Assembly (NCBI GenBank): GCA_964016885.1
Contig: OZ024740.1
Coordinates: forward strand, 107,260,001-107,324,000
DNA length: 64,000 bases
Direction: 5' to 3'
DNA from: Eledone cirrhosa
Lineage: Eukaryota
Below the pieces are notes generated by a model. The model was not told the origin of the DNA, searched no databases, and worked only from the letters and a program-made list of their open reading frames with translations. Shown here in pieces: positions 1 through 15,487 of the stretch (positions are counted from its first letter, which is position 1; each line of letters opens with the position of its first letter). The position numbers and the translations under genes are program-made.

Positions 1-177
1 TTCCGTTGGTCTTTCCAATTGCTAATACTATCTATCGGTCGCAACTCCAGGTAGAAGGAGCAACGTGAAGTAAAGTATCTTGCTCAAGGACATAACGCAT
101 CGCCTGGTCTAGGAATCAAACTCACAACCTTACGATTGCGAATCCAATTTCCTAACCACTCAGCCACACGCCTTCAC
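1..177 (-). mobile_element. tRNA-derived SINE (5' head; continues off the window edge)
   Basis: Reverse strand reads GTGAAGGCGTGTGGCTGAGTGGTTAGG (A box)...GTGAGTTTGATTCC (B box)...GTCCTTGAGCAAGATACTTT; same family as 20737 and 63012. Confidence 0.85.
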
Positions 178-1215
<1,038 letters not shown>

Positions 1216-1379
1216 TTATTTATTAAAATAACAGATTAAAGTTTAAGCAAAGAATCGCTGCTTTCACCCTTAACGGGATCTTCTGAAACTAACAAAGTCA
1301 ATCTGTAAACGCAGAACTGGATATTTCAAAAAACGTTGCAACTGGGGGAAGACAGGAAGACGATACTTTGGTTCGTGGT

Positions 1380-1645
1380 AACGTTCGCTGGCAAAGAACG
1401 GGAAAAAAACGAATAATACGTCATTAATAGGAGCGGTGAAAAACAATTACGCGCAAAGACAAAACCACGTTTATGGTATAAAAGAGGTCGTAGACTAATG
1501 TTCTCTTAGGTGGTGCATAGAGACGTTCTCTGGCAATGAACGAAAAAACGAAGATAATAAGTCATATGTGGAGCGTGGAGAACAATAGCACGCAAAGACA
1601 AAACCACGTAAATGGTATAGCAGAAATCGTAGACTAAAATTCTAA
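1380..1645. repeat. Diverged ~140 bp tandem duplication in PLE-1 3' UTR
   Basis: CGCAAAGACAAAACCACGT...ATGGTATA...TCGTAGACTAA occurs at ~1453-1498 and ~1591-1637. Confidence 0.75.
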
Positions 1646-2219
1646 CTAGGAGACCAAATGAATCTCCGCTACAGAGTTAAGAACAAAGTAAATAAATACA
1701 ATACAGAAGTAATAGGAACAAATAAATACATACACGCAAACAGATACGTACATACACAAGCATACGCAAAACCTTACCGTGGGTATACAAAACCACGCAC
1801 ATATAAATATGTGTGTGTGTGTATGCTTGTGTACAAATAAATAAATAATTATATAAACGTATATAAGTAAATAAATACGTATATAACAAGCGCACACGCA
1901 TACCTACATATAAATACACGAATGTTCGGAGACGTAAGTCAACAAAAACAAGAAGTACACATATACACACACCCACCATACGTACGAACCTGCACACTCA
2001 CGCGGACGCAAAACTCCCGTATACACATAGCCAAACCCTAAATACCAGGATATGTAAAAATTATACGCTATAACAGTCAAATATACGTACGAGAAGGTAT
2101 ACATACCTTCACAAAACATACGGGTAATATATACTTACCTATGCAAATAAGTAAAGGAATAAACAAAACATATACTTAGCTCCCACATCAAGACGTAAAA
2201 TATCCACGTATAGATCGTG

Positions 2220-3689
2220 CTATCCGTTAGGGTATAACGTGGGGCTGTAATACAGGAAAGTTTTGTGCAATTTCTGTTTACAAGCCGAAATTGCCTCAGA
2301 TTTTTTGTTTAAGATGTGGTCTGTAGCGTAGAGTATTTCCAGGGCCTCAGCGGCGCAGAGGTCACATGGTCTTTTATTTCCGTTATACGATCTAGCCCTA
2401 GCTAGGATCTCCCAGTGTAACTTATATTGGGTGTGGTTGTCTTTTAGACTCCAGATATAAGCTGAAAGTGACGTCATATTCCTTCTTAGAGGGTAGCGAA
2501 AAGAATGGGTATGCATGTAAAGACGCTGCTTGAAACTATTGGCGGTTAACCCTATGTAGGCCCTACGGGACGTGGGTGTTATAACCTTACATTTGTAGAC
2601 AATGTTACTAAAGAGGCATTTCCCGGATAGGGGGCAATCAGCCCGATTCCTACAATTACAGTTAGTACTAACTACAGGGTTGCACGTGTTCCTACGGCTA
2701 GGTAGTTTAGCTAAATTTGAAGCTGTGATGTTATGTGCAAGGTTAGGAGTCGTAGAGTAAGAAATTTTAATAGTATTTCTATTAAAAATTTTACTATATT
2801 TATGTGTAGGGGGAAAATGCTTCGTAATAAGGGAAAGAAAGATCTTAGCTAATGGTGTGGCCACCTCCATATTATATGGTGGGTTAAACCAACAAATGCG
2901 ACGGGATCTATTTCTTCTAGGTCTATTTTCGTACTCTGTATATGCTACCTTATCGACAAATCCACTTCGAGCAAGAGCTTCATTGTAATAAGTGGAATGG
3001 TCGTTGAAAATGTGCTCGTTGGTGGAAAGACGGGAAAGCCTCAACGAAACGTTTCTTACCAGGTTCTTGGTTATGCTGGCAGGATGGTTGGAATGCTTAC
3101 TTATGTAATTAAGCGTATCATTCGGCTTTCTATACGGGTAATACAACCCATTCAATAAATTGAGGGTAACGTCGAGGTAATTAACGACCGAGAGATTGGC
3201 CTCAACCTGTATAGAGAGGTTGAAGCCTTTAAAGAAGGCTGTGAGTTCTTTTCTGAACCTGTCGCAAGCACGAGGTCCGCACTTAGTCATGGTCAAAAGA
3301 CCATCGTCACGGTACAAACCACCGCCCGCGTTGGGGAATTCGTCCTTGATAGAGAAAAGAAGGAAAAGGCCAATAAGATCAGTAACCTCCGCAGAGTCAC
3401 TGGCGCCCATACTCACGTCGAATGGGGTACTATTGGATTTTTTAATCCAAATAGAGTCGTCGAAATTAATCACCGACTTTCGGGCATTAAGGATGACATC
3501 AACTTCAAAATCCTTAACCACTGTGAGTGTTTTAGCGAAATTGATAGCTCTAAGGAGAAGTGGTAAAGTGATGGAGGAGTAGTAATTGTTGATGTCGAAT
3601 TGGATAAAACGGCAATGTTCCTTGTTACATATGCCGTTGAACCAATCAATCACCGCGAAAGAATTGTTCCACAGTGCGAGAGGGGCCAA
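2220..3689 (-). CDS. PLE reverse transcriptase (C-terminal part) plus GIY-YIG endonuclease, N-terminally truncated
   Basis: FIQFDINNYYSSI, MGASDS, LYRDDGL, YLDVTL, YRKPN, WFNPPY, CNCRNRADCPLSGKC linker, IVYKC...YIGLT...RLYMH, CDLC..E; 489 aa with no internal stop. Confidence 0.9.
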   Translation of the reverse strand: MAPLALWNNSFAVIDWFNGICNKEHCRFIQFDINNYYSSITLPLLLRAINFAKTLTVVKDFEVDVILNARKSVINFDDSIWIKKSNSTPFDVSMGASDSAEVTDLIGLFLLFSIKDEFPNAGGGLYRDDGLLTMTKCGPRACDRFRKELTAFFKGFNLSIQVEANLSVVNYLDVTLNLLNGLYYPYRKPNDTLNYISKHSNHPASITKNLVRNVSLRLSRLSTNEHIFNDHSTYYNEALARSGFVDKVAYTEYENRPRRNRSRRICWFNPPYNMEVATPLAKIFLSLITKHFPPTHKYSKIFNRNTIKISYSTTPNLAHNITASNLAKLPSRRNTCNPVVSTNCNCRNRADCPLSGKCLFSNIVYKCKVITPTSRRAYIGLTANSFKQRLYMHTHSFRYPLRRNMTSLSAYIWSLKDNHTQYKLHWEILARARSYNGNKRPCDLCAAEALEILYATDHILNKKSEAISACKQKLHKTFLYYSPTLYPNG

Positions 3690-3720
3690 ACTTCTAATTT
3701 CAGGTATAATTCTATATATA

Positions 3721-3787
<67 letters not shown>

Positions 3788-3789
3788 TG

Positions 3790-3821
<32 letters not shown>

Positions 3822-3847
3822 CATTGTATATATGTATATATATATAC

Positions 3848-3900
<53 letters not shown>

Positions 3901-3903
<3 letters not shown>

Positions 3904-4154
3904 AAAGAATAGAGGTTTAACTGGAGCCACTTTTTTAACATAAAAACAGGTAGAATTCCCAAAACTAATCAAATCAGAGCAAACATCACGGACGCTCTAT
4001 CTCAAAATTATTTTTGAAAAGCATTAGAAATGCGCAACCGGTAAAACTTAAAACCAAAACTGAATACTAACCAATACTATTACTAATTCTCACCTATTCC
4101 TAATTAAACTATTTTTCACTGTGAACAATTTGTCAGCATTTTCTTTTCCGTTTA

Positions 4155-4157
<3 letters not shown>
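3901..4157 (+). mobile_element. Solo pseudo-LTR (pLTR) related to PLE-2, in inverted orientation
   Basis: 3920-4156 is a diverged reverse complement of 4445-4692; contains the HHR variant at 4011-4046. Confidence 0.85.
4011..4046 (+). ncRNA. Minimal type I hammerhead ribozyme, variant core (UUGAAAA / GCAA)
   Basis: ttt-TTGAAAA-gcatt aga aatgc-GCAA-ccgg-TA-aaa: stem I, stem II and palindromic stem III. Confidence 0.6.
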
Positions 4158-4218
<61 letters not shown>

Positions 4219-4295
4219 ATTATATATATATATTATATATATATATATATTATCTATATATATATTATATATATATATTATATATATATATATAT

Positions 4296-4379
<84 letters not shown>

Positions 4380-4564
4380 TATATATATTATATATATATA
4401 TATAGTTAAAAGAATAGAGGTGTAACACACAAGTTATTATATGTTGGTAAACGGAATAAAAAATGCTGACAAATTGTTCACAGTTGAAAAATGGTTTAAT
4501 TAGGAATAAAAGAGTATTAGTGATTGTATGGATTAGTATTCAGTTGTGGTTTTAAGTTTTTAAG

Positions 4565-4602
4565 TTTTTACCGGTTGCGCATTTCTAAATGCTTTTCAAA
4601 AA
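4565..4602 (-). ncRNA. Minimal type I hammerhead ribozyme variant in PLE-2 3' pLTR
   Basis: Reverse strand ttt-TTGAAAA-gcatt taga aatgc-GCAA-ccgg-TA-aaa. Confidence 0.6.
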
Positions 4603-4810
4603 TAATTTTGAGATAGAGTGTCCGTGTTGTTTGCTCTGATCTGATTAGTTTTGGGAATTCTACCTGTTTTTATGTTAAAAAAGTGGCTCCAGCGCTACTT
4701 GGTGTTTGCAAAAATTCTTGTGGTCAAAACAATTTTGATTGGTCGGTAGAGGTCATGTGAATAAAAAATTGGTTTTGCGCCAAGATTGAGAAATGACTCT
4801 TTCACAACAA

Positions 4811-4860
<50 letters not shown>

Positions 4861-5301
4861 TAGTAGTAGTAGTAGTAAGGTGTTCGATGTTGTGATAATG
4901 GTTAGCAGGGATGTGTGTCAAATGGCTATTAAGATAAGTGTGTGTGTGTGTGTGTATAGCAGAGTAATTCGTGGTAGCAGGGATGGTCAGTAAGAATGTG
5001 TCTGAAAGCAATGGGGGGGTATTTTAGCATGTCAAAAGATATTTTTCAGCTTTTGTCTTATACGGAGAAGTGCGTGTGTGTGTGTGTAAGTCTCTTTGTA
5101 TGTTAATGTACGCGTGTGTATGTGTGTGTGTATATGTGTGTGTGTGGGGGGGACCAGTATTTTTTCCCCCTGGTAAAATGGTGTACATTATTCGATTTTT
5201 TCAGTAAAATCGGTTCTCTTAATAGAACATCAAAAATCTTAACAATAAAAGGTGTGAAATGATATTCACTATATATATATACACATACATATATTCACTA
5301 T

Positions 5302-5374
<73 letters not shown>

Positions 5375-5509
5375 TATATACACATATATTATTTTTTTGT
5401 GTTGCACCATAGAGCATGTGTGTTTACGTATGTCATTGTGTTTATATGTGGGTAGAGATGTGTGCTGATGTAGGTATGTATGTTGACGTGTGTATGTTGT
5501 GGGTTCGTC

Positions 5510-7866
5510 TTAGGGAGAAGTGTTTAGACGGGGTCCGTATTTGTTAATGAAGTAAGATTCCTTGCTGATGCGCTGGGTGTGGGTGGCATTATCTTTAAAT
5601 TTGTAGAGGGGAAAGATTCTGAAGTTGGGATGATTTGGGGCGGCACAGGTATCAATGTGTTCACTCAGTGGTATTTTCCTGTATTCCCGTATTTTAATTT
5701 GGGATCTATGGAAAGTAATGCGTTGGCGGAGGCTGTTTTTGGTCTGGCCTATGTATTGTTCTCGACAACCTGAGCAAGTTAATACATATATTAGATTTTC
5801 CGATGCACATGTGAAATTGTGTTTTACTATAAAACATTGTCCATCTTTGAAATAGAATTCCGAACCCTCTATTAGGTTAATGCAAATGCCACAGTTGGGT
5901 CTATCGCATTTTTTTTACTGTGGGTTTCGTTGTTGTGGTTGGCAGTACTTTGGCATGTGTTAGGATGTTTTTCATTGACTTGGATTGTCTTTTGCTCTTT
6001 ATGATATCGTGTGTTCGTAGAATTTGGTTCATTCTATGGTCCTTTTTCAACACAGCGATGTTCTGGAGGATGGTGTCAAAGGCTTCATTGTTGAGGGGGT
6101 TGTGTGTGGAGATGTATGGAAGAGCTTTTAGTTTCGGTTGATTTACTTTAGGGTGTCTAAGGTCCTGGGTACTGAGTTTTAGGGCACGTTGGATTCCATT
6201 GTCAACTAGTGATGCAGGGTAGTCCCTGCCTATGAGTGTGTCCTTTAGTTCTTGTAGCCGTAAGTAGCAGATGTTTTTATTGGAGACTATAGTACAGATT
6301 CTCTTGGCTAAGTTGTAGGGAATATTAATTTTAACGTGTCTAGGGTGGCAAGAGTTGAAGGGGAGATATTGCTTGGAGTCTGTGGGCTTGTAGTATATGT
6401 CTGTTTCTATTTTTTTGTTATGGATCTTAATGAGGATGTCGAGGAAGGGGAGTTGTTGATGGCTGTATTCCATCGTGAAGTTAATATTCGTGTTGAGCCC
6501 TTTTATAAGGGTGTGAAATTATTTAAGTTTTTCGATGTTTTCGTGCCAAAGGATGAAGCAGTCATCTAGATATCGCTTCCAGTTCCTTTCAATGTGTAAG
6601 TGGAGGGTGTTTCCAAATTTGTTTAGGACTTTAGTGTAGAGGGGGATTTCCAGGTATCCCATGACTAGGTTGGCATAAGTGGGGGCTGTTTTCGTTCCCA
6701 TAGCGGTCCCATATTTCTGCCTGTAGGGTTTGTTATTGAAAACGAAGTAATTGTTCTCCAAGATAAATTTGAGTCCCTCTATCACGAATTCTTTTTTGAT
6801 GCGTTGTGGGAGTTCATTGTGGAAATTATCCAGCCAGAATTGGATAGCTTCTATTCCTAGGTTGTAGGGGATGTTGGAGTATAGGTTGACTACATCGAAC
6901 GTCACTAGTAGGGTTTGTTCAGAAAGTGGCATATTAGGGAGGTGATTGAGCATATCTAGGTCGTCCCTTATATAGCTTTTGATGTGCTTGAGGAAGGGTT
7001 TGAGAAGGGTATCAATGAAGTTGCTAAGACAGTGCGTTTCGCAAGCGGGGCCTGCTATTATAGGTCTTAATTTGAGATCATTGGGTGAGGGGACATTGAT
7101 GACTATGTCTGTAGCTTCCTTTGCATGCCTTACTTATTGATTCGCTTTTATGTACTTTAGGGATACCGTAGAAAAGGCTGGATTTACTTGTGAAGTCTGT
7201 GATGAAGCTGAATTCCTTGTTAGTGAGTCCTTCTTTGTATTGGTTGATTAGAGTTTTTAGGTTTCTCATAATTTTCTGTTGATTGTAGTGTTCAGCCTTT
7301 TCGTAGTATGTTTCGTTTTCCAAAGTGGAGAGCGCTAAGTTGATATAGAATTCTGTCTCCATTAGGACTACTGTACTCCCTTTATCAGCCTCTTTAATTG
7401 TAATGGTTCTGTCGGTTTTTAATCTATTTAATTCTTCCCATTCTTTCTTGTTGAGGTTTGGCTTGTGTTTTTGTCTGTGCAAGTGTTGGTAAGGGAAGTT
7501 TGTGATGTGTTCACAGAATTCGTCCAGGATTTTATTTCTACCTTTTGAAGGGGTGTAATTGCTTCTATTTCTGGCTAATGATTCATCCTCATTGTACTTG
7601 TCGAATAGTTGTTCACTAAGTCGTAACTTTCTACAGAAGTCTGTGATGTCTTCCTTCATTTCATAGTAGTTAGGACGTAGTGGGGTCGGTGTGAATTTAA
7701 GACCTTTGGAGAGTAAGTTGATAAGGTTGGGTGTTGGTTCTGCACTAGTAAGATTGATAATTTTTATTACTATCGGTTTCTCCTCCCTGTCTTGTGTTAT
7801 TTTGTTTGCCTGTATCTGTGTGCTGTGTCTAAAAAATGGTTGGGGTAGAGGGGTTGTCTGCTGATG
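5510..7866 (-). pseudogene. PLE-2 RT / Zn-linker / GIY-YIG frame, broken by several frameshifts
   Basis: IINLT...LLSKGLKFTPTP, IKEADKG, FYGIPKVHK, TFDVVNLYSNIP, GTAMGT, RYLDDCF, LPFLDI, YYKPTD. Manual translation of 5908-5510 gives CDRPNCGIC...NLIYVLTCSGCREQYIGQT...RITFH...EH...KESYFI...PRLN. Confidence 0.9.
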
Positions 7867-9146
7867 TTAAGTGGTCTCCTGTGTTTGTTATATTCCTTGT
7901 TGTTGTAAAATGTGGTTCGGGTTGGTGGTTGTAGATTGAATGGGGTATTCCTGTACTGCGAGTATGGGTGTGTGTTTCTGTGCCATGTTGTATTGTGGTG
8001 TTATAAGTGGCCTACGTTGTTGGTTGTATCGTGTGGTGTGGGTTTGTTGTGTATTGTGGAAGCGAGAGTTGAGAAAATGGTAATTACCTTGCTGTCCCCT
8101 TGAAGCGGGGAAGTTGTTACATCTATCATGGCGGTGGTATCTTTTCCCTATGTTTGACGATGAGGCATCCGCGTAGTAGTTGAGTGATTTGGTATGGTGT
8201 CTCCTTGAAGGGGGAAAGTTGTAAATGTCATTCTGGGGGAGATGATTTCTTGGGTTTTTGTTCCTTCTTATGGTAGCGAGGTTGGGAAGTTCATCTTCGG
8301 TGTGGTGCTTCCTTCTTCGTTTGTTAGAGGCTTGGGGGGTTGAGAAGTTGTTGTGCGGTTCAGTTATGGGTTTTCCTATTTTTATGAACGGGTTATTGGA
8401 GGTGTAATCCGTTTGAAAAGTCGATTCATAGTGTAGGAACCAAGCGGCACTTTTTTCCCAGCGTTGAAGGGATTTCAGTTCTTCTCTGTTGCAGTCCCCT
8501 TTCCATAATTTGGAGATCTTCTCTACCTTGGGGCCTTCAGTTTTGTTGTTGATTTCCAGGAGGTGGTTTTGATTTTTTCCTCATTTGTCTGGGCCCTCAA
8601 TTTAAGAAGTTCAATTTCTGTCTTCATTTTTTCCAATGCCATTCTTTCCCTAAGGTGTCTTTGAGGTTCGGGTTCATTTGGAATGGACTTTATTTGTAGT
8701 TTACGGGGGAGAGTTAGAGGGGTTGAGTTAAGCCATTTTTCATATATCTCTGCTTTGTTGTGATTTTGTATCATCTTCCAGAATGAGAACTTTCTGTCTC
8801 TGAGGGATTTGTTCCATTTTGGAATTGTTCGAATTTTCATTTTGTATGAATCAATCTCACATGGTTCTTCGTTGGTTTTTCCTGGGTTGGTAGTAGTGAG
8901 CATAGTTTGGATAGTATCGCGAAGGTTTGGGAGTTTGTCGCCGAATTCGGAGGGTTTGTATCCGGTGGCGGTTTCCTTATTTGTGGAGTCAAGTTTGTCG
9001 ACCAGCAAATATAGGTTGGTGTTGATTTTCTTGAGTTCCTGTAGGATCTCTTCATTTGAGTTGATGAGGGTTGTATCCGTTTTTGTTGGCATTTTCTGTA
9101 TCTCGTGTGAGGATATGATAGTTAAAAGAATAGAGGTGTAACACAC
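7797..9146 (-). pseudogene. PLE-2 upstream ORF1-like region (coiled-coil-like, then N/Q/R-rich), frameshifted
   Basis: ORF 8523..9146 (…LRERMALEKMKTEIELLKLRAQTNEEKIK) continues in shifted frames to ...YPNHFLDTAHRYRQTK* at 7797. Confidence 0.6.
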
Positions 9147-9280
9147 AAGTTATTATATATTGGTAAACGGAATAGAAAATGCTGACAAATTGTTCACAGT
9201 TGAAAAATGGTTTAATTAGGAATAAAAGAGTATTAGTGATTGCATGGGTTAGTATTCAGTTGTGGTTTTAAGTTTTTAAG

Positions 9281-9317
9281 TTTTTACCGGTTGCGCATTT
9301 CTAAATGCTTTTCAAAA
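9281..9317 (-). ncRNA. Minimal type I hammerhead ribozyme variant in PLE-2 5' pLTR
   Basis: Same core motif as 4565-4602. Confidence 0.6.
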
Positions 9318-9399
9318 TTAATTTTGAGATAGAGTGTCCGTGTTGTTTGCTCTGATCTGATTAGTTTTGGAAATTCTACCTGTTTTTATGTATATATGT

Positions 9400-9443
9400 A
9401 TGTATATATATATATATGTGTATAGTGAATATATGTATGTGTA

Positions 9444-9528
<85 letters not shown>

Positions 9529-9668
9529 GTGTGTATAGTGAATATATGTATGTGTATATATATATATAGTGAATATCATTTCACACCTTTTATTGTTAAG
9601 ATTTTTGATGTTCTATTAAGAGAACCGATTTTACTGAAAAAATCGAATAATGTACACCATTTTACCAT
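9400..9668 (+). repeat. Inverted copy of a PLE-2 3' UTR segment (5171-~5330) at the element's 5' end
   Basis: GTGAATATCATTTCACACCTTTTATTG...ACACCATTTTACCA is the reverse complement of 5171-5270. Confidence 0.85.
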
Positions 9669-12015
<2,347 letters not shown>

Positions 12016-12456
12016 GCTTCGTATTTCCTGCCCCCTCCCCACTAAAACTGTAAGTATTTTCTTGTCAAATTCTGTGATTTCCAAGTTAGATTCGGGAATT
12101 TCCAGGCCAGAAAATGAAAAAGTTTTGTTAGAAAAAAGTGAGTCTTTGCGTGGGTGAAAAGTAAAAGTTGTTTTATGGGTAAAAAGTTAATAGTTCTGTG
12201 ATTTTTTTTCCTATGATGGTTTTCCATATAAATAATTCGCTGGTGTACTGCATTATTCACGACAAAAGAAACACTGATCTTTAAATAATTATTGAAATCC
12301 ATTGTTAAGAAGAGCAGAACGCTACGGCCATCATTTGGCAGGAAAGTAACTGTGCCTCGTGTATTTGATAATAATAATTCTAATTTTCTTCTATTAAAAT
12401 TTGGTACACTTAGGTAGTTAATAACCATGCTTTGCTTGCGTTTATTATGAATACGA

Positions 12457-12588
12457 TGGTGTTACGTTCTCGGTTCAAATCCAGCCGAGGTTAGCTTTAT
12501 CTTTCATCCTTACGGGGTCGATAAAATAAAGCACCAGTAAGCACTGGGGTCGATTTAAATAGCTGGCCTTGTGCCTAAATCAGAAACC
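12457..12588 (+). mobile_element. 5'-truncated SINE with 13-bp target-site duplication
   Basis: B box GGTTCAAATCC, body CTTTCATCCTTACGGGGTCGATAAAATAAAG; TSD ATTATGAATACGA at 12444-12456 and 12589-12601. Confidence 0.85.
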
Positions 12589-12659
12589 ATTATGAATACG
12601 AGGATCGACTGAAAAGTTCAAAAATTCATATGAGGGAGTGATGCGAGAGCTGTGAAATC

Positions 12660-13505
12660 CTGCATGCATCACTTCCCTTTCTTCTCTTCTTCTTTTAATG
12701 TCTAACCCCTAATCTGTACCTTTTCTCACTCTTGCCTAACATAGAATCAATTATTACATAATACAATACATTCTTACTCTATATCACCTTGTAAAAATCC
12801 TTCGTAAACATATACATTTTTTTGACGTTAGATTATTCATCCTCAATTCATTATTCTTTTCTCCCTTTCATCTAACTCATTCATGCTCATCTCACAATAT
12901 TTCCTTACTTAAATAACCTGTTGTTCCTTTTAATAATACATATCAACATTTTCTTAACATCGCACATATTATTAAACCCTTAAATATTTTTCTCAATACA
13001 TATTAACATTTTCTTTCATCGCACATATTATCAAACCCCTCAATATACAAACCTTAACTTTACATTATTTTTCTCTTCGTTAATTTTCAAATTCTTTTAA
13101 TTTATACATTATCTTCCAACGGTTTTCAACTTCTCTATGTAAAACAATATATCTTTCTCAGTTATAAAAGCTATCTCTCTCTCTCTCTATCACCCATCTC
13201 TCCTCCTATCTCATCCTTCCTCATTATACTCCGCCCTCTCCACTTTTTACTCTCATCTCCTCCTCTTTTTCATCCTTTCCACCCCCCCCCCTCTAAATAA
13301 AATATTTTTCCCAATATCACACATCAATCTAAAACTACTTCTCATATGTTGATTTAAAACTGAACTATCCACAAGTGTTTTTTAACCTTCATATCATGTC
13401 TTCCTGTTTTATCTGATGAAAACACAAATATTATTGCATGATGATATTTGTTTTTGAAATGCGCATAATAAAATACATGGAACTCTTTTAACCATCTTTT
13501 GTTCT
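12660..13505 (+). mobile_element. Non-coding PLE 3' end / pLTR
   Basis: Pyrimidine-rich UTR-like sequence ending in an HHR, a TACATGGAACTCTT motif and (TA)n. Confidence 0.6.
13407..13473 (+). ncRNA. Minimal type I hammerhead ribozyme
   Basis: ttttat-CTGATGA-aaacacaaatat...atatttgttttt-GAAA-tgcgca-TA-ataaaa. Confidence 0.85.
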
Positions 13506-13721
<216 letters not shown>

Positions 13722-13740
13722 ATATATATATGTATATATG

Positions 13741-13809
<69 letters not shown>

Positions 13810-13812
<3 letters not shown>

Positions 13813-14069
13813 AGGTACACATATATAGATATAAAAGGAATCAGATGTGAGTACAAGAGCGAAGAGTATGCTCGATGGATTTGTGATGTATATGAACGAT
13901 GAATGCTGAGTAAAGAAATGACCAAGAAATGCCATTTTTAGACTAATGGCATTTCTCGGTCATTTCTTTACTCAGCATTCATCGTTCATATACATCACAA
14001 ATCCATCGAGCATACTCTTCGCTCTTGTACTTCACATCTGATTCCTTTTATATCTATATATGTGTACCT

Positions 14070-14072
<3 letters not shown>
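13810..14072. repeat. Near-perfect fold-back: ~127 bp arms, 8 nt loop, between (TA)n
   Basis: GCAAGGTACAC...GAAATGCCATT / tttagact / AATGGCATTTC...GTGTACCTTGC. Confidence 0.95.
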
Positions 14073-14137
<65 letters not shown>

Positions 14138-14393
14138 AAAACAAGATGGCGTTGGGCCGAACAAAGGAGAGGCACAAAAACAAAGAAAAGAATGCCTAGT
14201 CACTGAAGAGGTCACAGAATGTGTGACCTAAGAATTTGACAATATATGAACAATCATCTGGTTGTGGAACCAACCAACCAACCAGAAATTTATAAATTCC
14301 TAAATTTATAAATTTAATTCATAATAAATTGAAGTGAAAGCAACTGGTGCGTGTGTTTCTTATTAGCAACATGACCCTCCCAAAGTATAACAA

Positions 14394-14430
<37 letters not shown>

Positions 14431-14433
<3 letters not shown>

Positions 14434-14593
14434 TAAGTTATTCCGGGTTGAATCGGAGGTAACCACAGTAAGTAAGATACTCAATACATTGCGGAGTATA
14501 AAAGTTTTAATATAGATGAGATTCTACAGGACTAGAAATCATTTAGAAATCATCAGGAATCTCAGGAAAGAGTTCTAGTCCTGTATAATCTCA

Positions 14594-14598
<5 letters not shown>
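14431..14598 (-). mobile_element. Short PLE terminus with partial inversion and deleted HHR (duplicate at 16904-17070; relative at 18886)
   Basis: GTTATTCCGGGTTGAATCGGAGGTAACC family; ATAGATGAGATTCTACAGGACTAGAA inverted at the end; GAAACAG part of the HHR missing. Confidence 0.7.
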
Positions 14599-14664
<66 letters not shown>

Positions 14665-14755
14665 TGTATATATATATATATATATACATATATATAATGT
14701 ATACATATATATAATATATATATATAATGTATATATATATATATACATATATATA

Positions 14756-14792
<37 letters not shown>

Positions 14793-15040
14793 TATAATGT
14801 ATATATATATATATATATATATACATATATATAATGTATATATATATATGTATATGTATATATAATGTATATATATATATACATATATATAATGTATATA
14901 TATATATACATATATATAATGTATATATATATATATATATACATATATATAATGTATATATATATAATGTATATATATATATATAATGTATATATAATGT
15001 ATATATATATATAATGTATATATGTATATATATATAAATA

Positions 15041-15259
<219 letters not shown>

Positions 15260-15408
15260 TATATATATACAGTATATATACAGTATATATATATATATAC
15301 AGTATATATACAGTATATATATATATATACAGATATACAGTATATATATATATACAGTATATATATATATATATATATATATACAAACTATATATATATA
15401 TATACACA

Positions 15409-15487
<79 letters not shown>

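Larger units (their letters stand above)
1216..3712 (-). mobile_element. 5'-truncated Penelope-like retroelement (PLE-1, probably Hydra-type) inserted in (TA)n
   Basis: RT plus GIY-YIG ORF, ~1 kb 3' UTR, (TA)n on both sides. Confidence 0.9.
4405..9390 (-). mobile_element. Full-length decayed Penelope-like element (PLE-2, Neptune-like) with direct pseudo-LTRs
   Basis: 4405-4673 and 9121-9390 are near-identical direct repeats; internal RT and GIY-YIG fragments; ORF starts at the edge of the upstream pLTR. Confidence 0.92.

Noticed and set aside
1255-1290. HHR-like motif at the PLE-1 3' end (reverse CAGAAGA-tccc..gggt-GAAA)
   Set aside because: Core altered and no convincing UH or stem I; at most a decayed ribozyme.
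14199-14240. gtca-CTGAAGA-ggtcaca/tgtgacc...tgac (duplicated near 16670)
   Set aside because: GAAA and stem III are missing; probably a deleted HHR, so not called as a feature.
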